A DNA stretch of 32,834 nucleotides from Candidatus Woesearchaeota archaeon (lineage in GTDB: Archaea > Nanobdellota > Nanobdellia > Woesearchaeales > JAAOYA01), in contig JAAOYA010000006.1 of assembly GCA_018221105.1 (NCBI GenBank), forward strand, positions 1 to 32,834, written 5' to 3'. Both the position numbers and the translations under genes were made by a program. The notes beneath the pieces are model-generated. The model was not told where the DNA came from, searched no databases, and saw nothing but the letters and a program-made list of their open reading frames with translations. Shown piece after piece: positions 19,340-27,154 of this stretch. Numbering within the stretch: the first letter of the stretch is position 1; every line of letters starts with the position of its first letter.

Positions 19340-20389
19340 ATGAGTTCAAAAAAAAGAGGTGCCATAGAACTACAATTCAATTGGATATTCGTACTAATAG
19401 TAGGAGCTGTAATACTATTATTCTTTTTTGTAATTGTAACAAAACAACGCGATGTAAGCCAATTACAAATACAAGCAGATGTTAGTAGACGATTAGAAAG
19501 CCTACTATCAGGAGCTCAAACAGTCAGTGAAACAGCACAAATAATAGAAACACCACGCCTGACACTATCATTTGATTGTGAAGGTTACAGAGCAGGAGGC
19601 ACCAGTCCAATAAAAACACTAAGCGCATATTCACTAGATCAAATAAAAGGAACACAAATAATACTTTTTAGCAAAAACTTCAACATACCATTTCGGGCGA
19701 CAAACCTATTATTTGTTACAGACAGTCAAACACGTTACATTATAGTATCAGATGACAGTCTAGGAACTAACATATTAGAGTTAATACCAGAACAAGTCGA
19801 CAGACAACTAATCAGCTACGATGATTTGATGAGTTTAGAAGAGCAAAACAGCAATCGCGCAAGATTCATATTTGTCAACCCGCCAAACGATGATAACATT
19901 ACAATACCTACAGAGTTTCGTAGTTACAAAGACGAAAAAGTTAGTGCCGCAAAAATTGATAGTGTTAGCCCGTATGATTACGGCCGAGTAGCATACTATC
20001 AAAAACAAGGATTATTTTTGGATCAAACAGCATCATATGTCGAATACATCGATGATCCTATGATGCTAGCAGCACTTTTTAGCCAAGACGAAGAAGTATA
20101 CCAGTGCAATATCAAAAGAGCATTGACGCAAGCAATGTTTATCGCAGACTTGTACGCTAAAAGAGCAGAATTATTAGCAAACAGTGGACTGGCAGATATT
20201 TGCAACTCCTACACTACTAGTTCGATAACAACACTTCAAACACTAAAAAACAGCATCAAAGCAAAAACAGCCGACAACATAGGCGCGACAAGCGCAATAC
20301 AAGACTTAGAAGGCATTCACTCCAACGTACTAGAATTAAAAGATCGCAACCAACGATTATTAGATGAAAGTTGTCCAACACTATACTAA
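19340..20389 (+). CDS. Class III signal peptide (pilin-like) protein
   Basis: 349 aa; KKRG|AIELQFNWIFVLIVGAVILLFFFVIV; ends in SCPTLY. Confidence 0.8.
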   Translation: MSSKKRGAIELQFNWIFVLIVGAVILLFFFVIVTKQRDVSQLQIQADVSRRLESLLSGAQTVSETAQIIETPRLTLSFDCEGYRAGGTSPIKTLSAYSLDQIKGTQIILFSKNFNIPFRATNLLFVTDSQTRYIIVSDDSLGTNILELIPEQVDRQLISYDDLMSLEEQNSNRARFIFVNPPNDDNITIPTEFRSYKDEKVSAAKIDSVSPYDYGRVAYYQKQGLFLDQTASYVEYIDDPMMLAALFSQDEEVYQCNIKRALTQAMFIADLYAKRAELLANSGLADICNSYTTSSITTLQTLKNSIKAKTADNIGATSAIQDLEGIHSNVLELKDRNQRLLDESCPTLY

Positions 20390-20393
20390 CAAA

Positions 20394-20882
20394 ATGAGAA
20401 AAAAGAGCCAGATCAAGATGACAGAAAACATTGCTGTGATGGTAATATTCTTTGTCCTATTAGTATTTGCAATAGTATTTTATGCAAACGTCAAACGCGG
20501 CACAAGCCAAGACGAACTAGAAGAATTAAAACAATTAAAAGCAGTCGACGCAGCACTAATCTTGTCAAACCTTCCAGAAATCAAGTGCTCAATAGCAGCA
20601 ACAGAACAAGGAGCATGCTTAGACCTTTACAAAATACTAGCATTAAAAGAAATCTACGAGCAAAACCCCAACAGTGTAATAAACCATTACCAAGACAAGT
20701 TTGGCTTTGCAACAATAACAATACGCCAATTATACCCAATAGAGCAAACAATAATAGTCTATGACAACAAAATTGACGATGACAAAATATCAAAGTTTTT
20801 TACGCCAATACCAGTAACATTGTACAATGTAACAAATGGCAATAACGCTTTTGGAGTGATAGAATTTGAAAAGTACGCGTAG
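20394..20882 (+). CDS. Class III signal peptide (pilin-like) protein
   Basis: 162 aa from the re-assigned ATG at 20394; MRKKS|QIKMTENIAVMVIFFVLLVFAIVFY; LPEIKCS....CLDLYK. Confidence 0.8.
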   Translation: MRKKSQIKMTENIAVMVIFFVLLVFAIVFYANVKRGTSQDELEELKQLKAVDAALILSNLPEIKCSIAATEQGACLDLYKILALKEIYEQNPNSVINHYQDKFGFATITIRQLYPIEQTIIVYDNKIDDDKISKFFTPIPVTLYNVTNGNNAFGVIEFEKYA

Positions 20883-21369
20883 TCAAATGGAATTTATTGG
20901 AATAGTGATAATAGTACTATTAATAACACTCGTAATGCTGTTTGTGATAATATGGCTTGCTAACAAAGAACCAAGCGACATAAAACGTGAAGTGACAACA
21001 ACACAAGTCACAGCAAACATATTAAACGCAATGCTAAAAACAACCACTGATTGTCGCGACATGAGAGCAAGCGACCTAGCACTAAACTGCATCAAAACAA
21101 GTTTTAACGCCGACACAATAAAAAATTGTCAAAACGGGCAAAACAGTTGCGAATACTTTGAAAGCTTCACAGCCTCAATACTAAACAACACAATATACGA
21201 GTGGGGTAACGATTATAACTTTTACATAGAATACGATTCAACACAATACTTACAATCAAGCACAGGCAATTGCGCAAGTGATAACGTGCGAAAAGAAACA
21301 GAAACAAGCCCATACCCGTTATACCCCCTGCAAGGAGCAATAGAAGTAGTACTACAAGTATGCAATTAA
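20866..21369 (+). CDS. Class III signal peptide (pilin-like) protein
   Basis: 167 aa, TTG start overlapping the previous gene; KSTRS|QMEFIGIVIIVLLITLVMLFVIIW; six Cys. Confidence 0.8.
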   Translation: MKSTRSQMEFIGIVIIVLLITLVMLFVIIWLANKEPSDIKREVTTTQVTANILNAMLKTTTDCRDMRASDLALNCIKTSFNADTIKNCQNGQNSCEYFESFTASILNNTIYEWGNDYNFYIEYDSTQYLQSSTGNCASDNVRKETETSPYPLYPLQGAIEVVLQVCN

Positions 21370-21380
21370 AAACAAAAAAG

Positions 21381-21435
21381 CAATAGTTTTATATACGACA
21401 AACCACCAAAAAAACATATAAAGCACTAAGAGGTG
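21381..21435 (+). promoter_or_regulatory. TATA promoter and Shine-Dalgarno for the putative major pilin
   Basis: CAATAG-TTTTATATA (21381-21395) and GAGGTG (21430-21435) precede the ATG at 21441. Confidence 0.6.
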
Positions 21436-21440
21436 TTTAC

Positions 21441-21716
21441 ATGTACAAAAAAGCACAAGGAATCAGCATGAACATGATAATAATAGCTGCGATAGCACTA
21501 TTAGTACTAGTAATCACGTCAATAATATTTATTGGCAGAATGTCCGGAACAACAGCAAGCATAGAAAGCTGCACTAACAAAGCAGGAATGTGCGGAGTAG
21601 TATGCGGATCAGAAGACGCTGGAACAGCAAATTATCCATTTCAATACAACGAATTCAAATGTCCAGACGCAAGTGACGGCACACCACAACAATGCTGCCT
21701 ACAACTACAAATATAA
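21441..21716 (+). CDS. Small type IV pilin-like protein (putative major pilin A)
   Basis: 91 aa; MYKKA|QGISMNMIIIAAIALLVLVITSIIF; small head with six Cys ending CCL. Confidence 0.85.
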   Translation: MYKKAQGISMNMIIIAAIALLVLVITSIIFIGRMSGTTASIESCTNKAGMCGVVCGSEDAGTANYPFQYNEFKCPDASDGTPQQCCLQLQI

Positions 21717-21718
21717 AA

Positions 21719-21736
21719 TTTTATTTTTCTATTTTT
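21719..21736 (+). terminator. Possible archaeal oligo-T terminator after the first small pilin
   Basis: TTTTATTTTTCTATTTTT directly follows the stop at 21716, in an otherwise A-rich strand. Confidence 0.4.
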
Positions 21737-21739
21737 AAA

Positions 21740-21991
21740 ATGAAAAAGGCACAAGGACTATCAATGAACGTGATAATAGTGGCGGCACTAGCATTAATAG
21801 TGCTAGTGGTCGTGACAATTATTTTCACAAGCAATGTGCGCAACGCTAACAGAGGATTAAATGCTTGTGAGAGTAAAGGACAAGGCGCGACGTGCAGGCC
21901 AACTTGCGAGCCTAGTGAAGTTTCTGTAGGAGCTGCTGATTGCAAAGATAGAGATGAAGCGAATAATTTCTGTTGTTTGCCAGTGAAGTAA
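21740..21991 (+). CDS. Small type IV pilin-like protein, paralog of 21441 (putative major pilin B)
   Basis: 83 aa from the ATG at 21740; MKKA|QGLSMNVIIVAALALIVLVVVTIIF; six Cys ending CCLPVK. Confidence 0.85.
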   Translation: MKKAQGLSMNVIIVAALALIVLVVVTIIFTSNVRNANRGLNACESKGQGATCRPTCEPSEVSVGAADCKDRDEANNFCCLPVK

Positions 21992-21996
21992 ACCCG

Positions 21997-22011
21997 CGAA
22001 AAACTTATAAA
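21997..22011 (+). promoter_or_regulatory. BRE/TATA promoter (leaderless) for the 22035 operon
   Basis: CGAAAAAC-TTATAAA ends 23 nt before the ATG at 22035. Confidence 0.6.
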
Positions 22012-22034
22012 CGCTATAACACACTATTTTCTTA

Positions 22035-22139
22035 ATGACTAAAAAAGGCAATAAAACATTGTTAACAGTAACATTATTCACTTTACTGTTAGCATTATTA
22101 TTGTGGATTGGAAGACTAATAGTCACCAAAGTACTATGA
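22035..22139 (+). CDS. 34-aa micro-pilin-like peptide (not in ORF track)
   Basis: MTKKG|NKTLLTVTLFTLLLALLLWIGRLIVTKVL*. It sits at leaderless spacing from a TATA box, and its TGA overlaps the next ATG (ATGA at 22136-22139). Confidence 0.65.
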   Translation: MTKKGNKTLLTVTLFTLLLALLLWIGRLIVTKVL

Positions 22140-23098
22140 ACAAAAAAGCACAACAAGAAACACTTAGAAATTTATTATTGTTAATAATAGTTTTAGCATT
22201 ACTATCAGTATTTCTTTATACAACACTACTAAAAGCTGATAATATTGTAGACGAAGAACTATGCCTTAGCAGCGCAGTAATGCAACACGCGCAAAAAACA
22301 GTCAGTGGCAATCTTGCAAATCCATTCAGCGATATTAATTGCCCAGCAAAACTCTACGAGCTAGAAAATAAAGATTTAGACCTAGCAACAGCCGAAAAAT
22401 TGATGAGTCAACTTAACAAAAGAGGAATAGATTTTGATAACACAACACCAGAAGAATTCGCGCTTAACAATTTTTTAGCACAAAGAATGGAAAGTTGTTG
22501 GCGAGGACTAGGAAGTGGCAAATTAGACCTTTTCGATAGTAATATGATTGACAGAAACAGAGCATGCGTACTATGCTCTGTTGTAGAATTTGACGAGCTT
22601 AACATAGACAAAAATACAACTATTGACTTGGGTTACTGGCTAAAAAACGTTGAATACAAAAGTACAGGCATAAGTTATTTTGAACACTTGTTAGATCCTG
22701 ATATCAAAGAAAGACCAACAGTTTACGCTATGACAAGCAACATGCAATACTTTTACAACATTGAAAAACCAGTAGCAGTAGTGTTTGCTCGCTACAACGG
22801 TGGAAAACTCTCAAACTTACAAGGAACAGTAGGTACCGCGGGAGGAGCAGTTGGAGGCGCAATAGTTGGAGCAACAATTTGTTCAGTAGTGCCTGTAGGA
22901 GGAACCATTGTCTGCGGGGTTGGTGGAGGATTGCTAGGTGCGTTAGCTGGTAGTGGGGCACCAGCTATTAGTAATTTGCTATCAGGCGGACTAGCAGATG
23001 TTGACGAAGTACTAGTAATACCCTACACAGTAGAAAACCTACAATTAATCTGCCAAGAAGTAGTTAACGGTTTTAAAACACAAGAGGAAAAACCATGA
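22136..23098 (+). CDS. Class III signal peptide protein with C-terminal glycine-zipper hydrophobic hairpin
   Basis: 320 aa from the ATG at 22136; MNKKA|QQETLRNLLLLIIVLALLSVFLY; MESCWRGLGSG..CVLCS; GTAGGAVGGAIVGA...GVGGGLLGALAGSG. Confidence 0.8.
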   Translation: MNKKAQQETLRNLLLLIIVLALLSVFLYTTLLKADNIVDEELCLSSAVMQHAQKTVSGNLANPFSDINCPAKLYELENKDLDLATAEKLMSQLNKRGIDFDNTTPEEFALNNFLAQRMESCWRGLGSGKLDLFDSNMIDRNRACVLCSVVEFDELNIDKNTTIDLGYWLKNVEYKSTGISYFEHLLDPDIKERPTVYAMTSNMQYFYNIEKPVAVVFARYNGGKLSNLQGTVGTAGGAVGGAIVGATICSVVPVGGTIVCGVGGGLLGALAGSGAPAISNLLSGGLADVDEVLVIPYTVENLQLICQEVVNGFKTQEEKP

Positions 23099-23238
23099 AA
23101 TTATTAAAAAAAGGACAGTTAGGACTAGAAGACCTAAAAAAAATATTATTTATGTTATTATTACTAGTTCTTGGAGTTATACTAATCTGGAAATTTTACG
23201 GAGCAATAAAAACAGCAGCACAAAATGTTTTCCCATAA
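23095..23238 (+). CDS. 47-aa minimal pilin-like protein (not in ORF track)
   Basis: MKLLKKG|QLGLEDLKKILFMLLLLVLGVILIWKFYGAIKTAAQNVFP*. It has the canonical G|Q cleavage with Glu at +5, an ATGA overlap upstream, an overlap with the next gene, and GAGG upstream. Confidence 0.8.
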   Translation: MKLLKKGQLGLEDLKKILFMLLLLVLGVILIWKFYGAIKTAAQNVFP

Positions 23239-23605
23239 CAAAAAAGCAAACGTGGACATGGCCTTTAGTTGGGTCAACGGATTAATACTATTAATAATAA
23301 TAGTTGCAATAGTAGGAGTTGGATACTTTGTTTACACATTAAAAGCGACAACCGATTTATTAGGAGAAGAAAAGACACCTCCAAACGAAACACAAGAATT
23401 CATCCCTTTTACCGAGCGAGAAATACAAGCTTGTGTTGATCAAATACAAGAGACAGAATTTTATTGCTGTTATGAAGTAAAAGATAATAAATACTTTTAT
23501 TCAAAAAATGAGCGTTGCGCACAAAAAAAGTTTTTATGGTGGGAGAGAAATCTTGGAGAGCGCCAAATAATAGAAAACTGTTGTCAAAGTATAGGATTTG
23601 GATAA
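23225..23605 (+). CDS. Class III signal peptide (pilin-like) protein, Cys-rich head
   Basis: 126 aa; NKKA|NVDMAFSWVNGLILLIIIVAIVGVGYFVY. Confidence 0.7.
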   Translation: MFSHNKKANVDMAFSWVNGLILLIIIVAIVGVGYFVYTLKATTDLLGEEKTPPNETQEFIPFTEREIQACVDQIQETEFYCCYEVKDNKYFYSKNERCAQKKFLWWERNLGERQIIENCCQSIGFG

Positions 23606-24134
23606 AATGGCAGGCGACGATGATATGGGCAATAAACTTGTAAACATCATACTAGTAGTAGGAATACTTTTTTTTGTGTTTATTGTTGTCGCAAAACTTT
23701 ACGCCGCGGTAACACCACACCCTGATAAAACAAGCCTTGATAATCGTGATGCTGTAGTGCAAGTTATTGAAAGTATGAAAGAAGACCTACAAAGTTGTGA
23801 CTCTGGGCAAGCAAGTACTTGCACAAAAGAAATAAGTCAGCCAATGCAATGGTCAAAAGACTACAAGTTATGGTTTATTGACAAAAATAATGCTATAATT
23901 GTAACTCTTTCTGAATGTAAAAAACAAAGCTGTCTATGTCTTACAGATGATACAAGATATTTTTGTGAACCATTAGATGATATAATAATGCCTGCTAATC
24001 CTACGTCGCTACATTCATCAGGCAATATTGATGCCTTAAACTTGAAAATGGGCAAGACAAGCGATGGTTATAGTTTAGAAATTGAACGTGTTGAAACACC
24101 AGAATTATTCGATCCAACAGTTATAGCGCCATAA
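23598..24134 (+). CDS. N-terminally anchored protein, degenerate pilin-like
   Basis: 178 aa; DKMA|GDDDMGNKLVNIILVVGILFFVFIVV; CKKQSCLCL..C motif. The start may be TTG 23598 or ATG 23607. Confidence 0.65.
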   Translation: MDKMAGDDDMGNKLVNIILVVGILFFVFIVVAKLYAAVTPHPDKTSLDNRDAVVQVIESMKEDLQSCDSGQASTCTKEISQPMQWSKDYKLWFIDKNNAIIVTLSECKKQSCLCLTDDTRYFCEPLDDIIMPANPTSLHSSGNIDALNLKMGKTSDGYSLEIERVETPELFDPTVIAP

Positions 24135-24138
24135 TTTT

Positions 24139-24154
24139 GCAAAACTTATATAAA
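24139..24154 (+). promoter_or_regulatory. BRE/TATA promoter (leaderless) for the peptidoglycan-hydrolase sub-operon
   Basis: GCAAAAC-TTATATAA ends 23 nt before the ATG at 24177. Confidence 0.65.
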
Positions 24155-24176
24155 GGTCTATTTCTGATTTTATTAT

Positions 24177-25166
24177 ATGTTTTTAACAGGTAGAAAGGGA
24201 GGTGTTAGCTTAAGCCTCGAACATTTAGTACAATTGGTTTTTCTAGTGGCTGTTGTCATGCTAATGTTTTTTCCTGCTTTTATTTCACAAGTTGGCACTG
24301 ATGATTACCGCTCAAAGTTAAGTGTTGCTAATGATGCACAAATACTTTTCGAGCTCGGACAAAGTATTAGTGGTAATTTGAATTTTTATTTTAACAGTCT
24401 CAACTATATTGTTGACTTGAAACGTGATGGTGTTTTTGTTCGCTCACAAGCAGAGAGCTCTCGCAATCCACCGCTCCAAAGACCTTTTCTGTCAAATTCT
24501 TATATTATGATCGGTGAAGCTAATGATACTAATCCTGTAATCGTAAAAAACAATAATGCTCTTAACCTGTTAAAAACAAGTAGTTCGGGAGCCGCCAGTG
24601 CAGCTAGTGACTTATGCGAGGCGTACAAGGCAAAACTCTTGTCTCAAAGTCTCATTATTGGCATTGATGCTGCGCATGGCGGGCCTGACACTACAACAAT
24701 AACGCATAATTTGTTCAATGAAGAAAAGTACGCTCGCCAACTTACAACTTCGACAAAAGTAGCTTTAGAATTAAAAAATATTAATAGCACTGCTAGCAGA
24801 CCACTTGACAGGCCAGTAAACAAAATAATAACTGGTAGTGAGCGACTACAAGCCTTGAGCAGTAGCACTGTACTTTTTAGTTTTCACACTTCACACTCTA
24901 GCATTTCACAAAACCAACTAATAATAACATACAATGAATTTGATGACGCAAAAAACCTTGCTTGTGTACTACAATCAAAACTAATTAGCGAGTTTAGTAG
25001 TGTTCAAACAAGACCAAAAATACTTTCAAGCTATCACGAGCCAATGCTAGACGCTCAAATTCCAGCTTTAATGCTCGAAGTTGGCGCTCCAGCAAACCAC
25101 CCGCAAAACACTGATCGATTAGCAAACATCATAACAAAAACAATTCAAGAGTTTTACCAACAATGA
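24177..25166 (+). CDS. Pilin-like protein fused to N-acetylmuramoyl-L-alanine amidase (Amidase_3)
   Basis: 329 aa; GRKG|GVSLSLEHLVQLVFLVAVV. The C-domain has IGIDAAHGGPD (His), NEEK (Glu), FSFH (His) and PALMLEVG (catalytic Glu), in the AmiC/CwlC order. Confidence 0.85.
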   Translation: MFLTGRKGGVSLSLEHLVQLVFLVAVVMLMFFPAFISQVGTDDYRSKLSVANDAQILFELGQSISGNLNFYFNSLNYIVDLKRDGVFVRSQAESSRNPPLQRPFLSNSYIMIGEANDTNPVIVKNNNALNLLKTSSSGAASAASDLCEAYKAKLLSQSLIIGIDAAHGGPDTTTITHNLFNEEKYARQLTTSTKVALELKNINSTASRPLDRPVNKIITGSERLQALSSSTVLFSFHTSHSSISQNQLIITYNEFDDAKNLACVLQSKLISEFSSVQTRPKILSSYHEPMLDAQIPALMLEVGAPANHPQNTDRLANIITKTIQEFYQQ

Positions 25167-25636
25167 AACAATTACTAAAAAACAAAAAAGGCTTTGGAGA
25201 AGGACTCTTATGGGTTGCAAGACTGTTATTTTTGGCAGCAGTACTAGCAGGACTAACAGCATTTTACGCTTTTTCCAACACTGCAGGATTAAATGCTGAA
25301 GATGTTAGAGCGCAAGCTTTGGTGCTGCGATTAACACACGCCCCAAATGGCATATCATTTGTTGATGGCGCAGGACGATTACACATAGAAATAATAGATT
25401 ATAACAAATTATCAGACAATATTACACTTGCAACATTGTATAATTCTACAAGCATTACAGTAAACGTTAGCATTGACGGAGAAGACTTTTTTACAAATAA
25501 AAGATTTTACACTTTAGCAAAACCACTAGCAAGTTTTGGAAAGTATGAAACAGTAAAGCGTGAACGTCACACACAACTACTAAAAAATAATCAGTTAACA
25601 AGCACTAAAATGGTGATAGAAATTGTTTACCAATAA
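25163..25636 (+). CDS. Class III signal peptide (pilin-like) protein
   Basis: 157 aa; KNKKG|FGEGLLWVARLLFLAAVLAGL; ATGA overlap. Confidence 0.8.
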   Translation: MKQLLKNKKGFGEGLLWVARLLFLAAVLAGLTAFYAFSNTAGLNAEDVRAQALVLRLTHAPNGISFVDGAGRLHIEIIDYNKLSDNITLATLYNSTSITVNVSIDGEDFFTNKRFYTLAKPLASFGKYETVKRERHTQLLKNNQLTSTKMVIEIVYQ

Positions 25637-26123
25637 AAAAGCAATACTTGGAGGTATAGTAATACCAATAGCTATGATAGTAGTGCTTGCAATATTCATA
25701 ATCTTTTTTTCAGCAATAACAATACAAGAAAAAATGCAAGAAAACGAGCTAGCAAACCAAAACAAAGATTTTGAAGGAGGCTTTTTTGTACAATCACTAC
25801 TAAAAACAGAAGTTGATAATTTAGAAAGCCAAAAAACAGAGTTATGGCAGTTAATGGTGCAAGAAGAATACTTATATTTGACTAATGACTTGCAAGTTAA
25901 TCAACTACGAGATCTCTTGTACGAGCACATCTTTAGAATTACTAGGGAAACTTTCGGGGAGTTCAGTTGCCCTGATATAACTATTAATGGTCGTTACATT
26001 CAAGTTTCTAGAGATTGTGTCACAACAGGACAAGACAAATTATTTGAGAGCGAAACAAAAATTCCTTATTATTATTCAACTAATCCAACAACAATACTGA
26101 TGGAATTAAAAATTACAAAATGA
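25623..26123 (+). CDS. Class III signal peptide (pilin-like) protein
   Basis: 166 aa; TTG start with GGTGA upstream; TNKKA|ILGGIVIPIAMIVVLAIFIIFF. Confidence 0.75.
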   Translation: MFTNKKAILGGIVIPIAMIVVLAIFIIFFSAITIQEKMQENELANQNKDFEGGFFVQSLLKTEVDNLESQKTELWQLMVQEEYLYLTNDLQVNQLRDLLYEHIFRITRETFGEFSCPDITINGRYIQVSRDCVTTGQDKLFESETKIPYYYSTNPTTILMELKITK

Positions 26124-27154
26124 AACAAAACAAAAGAGCAGGAGCATTTTTTGAAGGTTTCCTAGTTTTTACTATTATCATAATACTTGTGACAACGCTC
26201 TTTATTATTGTAACACGACAATCAAAAACAATTGATGAAGTTGGCCAAAGACCAATCTTGATAATGTCTGCCGTCAGCCTAGCAGATAATAAACTATTAT
26301 TTTTGGATATGGCAGCAGTCAAAGCATTAGAGCAAGCAGAAATTGATTTAGCATTGCAAGGAGGCTTTAGCACCCCAGACTGTAAAAGTATTGCAGGTTA
26401 CAGTTTATGGTTTGAAAAAACAGATTGTTACCCAAACATTGAAAGCGAATTATTAGAACAATTTAGCATAAACCTTGATGATTATTTATTGATTGCAGGA
26501 CTGCCAATTAATAATTATGATATGCTAATAGCAAATAATACAATCATTGCAAAAGCACGCCAGGATTTAGTAATTCCCATTGATCAAACACTAAAAGAAG
26601 CACAACAATTAAGTTTCAGCACTGCAAGTTGTGGTACTCCGATACCTGCACAAAACGGTTTAGTGTGGCCACTAGATGACACTAACCAATTGCATACTGT
26701 GCTGACAAGCTGTTACGGTCAAAGAAATTGCAAGCCTTACTGTGTTGACGAATCACACGACGCAATAGACATTGACGCAGTTACGGGAGATTGTATTTTT
26801 GCAGTGGCAGTTGGCGAAGTAATAGATGTTGGAGGCCCGTACAATAAAATTGTAATAGCGCACGAAAATGGTATGAAAACATTTTACTTACACAACGCCA
26901 AAAACATAGTAGCAAAAAATGATAAAGTTGTCAAAGGGCAAATAATAGGCTTTGTTGGAGGTTACGGCGAGGGAAGACAAAACCGTTACGGTGACCACTT
27001 ACACTTTGCAATAAAAATAGGAGACAATTATATTGACCCATTAACATATTATGGAGCTCAAGAATTGAAAATAAGCACTGAAAGTAATTGTTATTACGAC
27101 AAAAACATGATGGCAAATCTTGGATTTAATGATGAGGATGTTCATAATGGATAA
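26120..27154 (+). CDS. Pilin-like protein fused to M23/LytM peptidoglycan metalloendopeptidase
   Basis: 344 aa; NKRA|GAFFEGFLVFTIIIILV. The C-domain shows LVWP, TSCYGQR, HDAID (HxxxD), TFYLH, VVKGQIIGFVG, GDHLHF (HxH) and IDPL. Confidence 0.92.
   Translation: MKQNKRAGAFFEGFLVFTIIIILVTTLFIIVTRQSKTIDEVGQRPILIMSAVSLADNKLLFLDMAAVKALEQAEIDLALQGGFSTPDCKSIAGYSLWFEKTDCYPNIESELLEQFSINLDDYLLIAGLPINNYDMLIANNTIIAKARQDLVIPIDQTLKEAQQLSFSTASCGTPIPAQNGLVWPLDDTNQLHTVLTSCYGQRNCKPYCVDESHDAIDIDAVTGDCIFAVAVGEVIDVGGPYNKIVIAHENGMKTFYLHNAKNIVAKNDKVVKGQIIGFVGGYGEGRQNRYGDHLHFAIKIGDNYIDPLTYYGAQELKISTESNCYYDKNMMANLGFNDEDVHNG

Noticed and set aside
18532..26123. Archaellum (arl/fla) operon
   Set aside because: No archaellin-type N-terminal consensus and no ArlH/I/J genes are recognisable.
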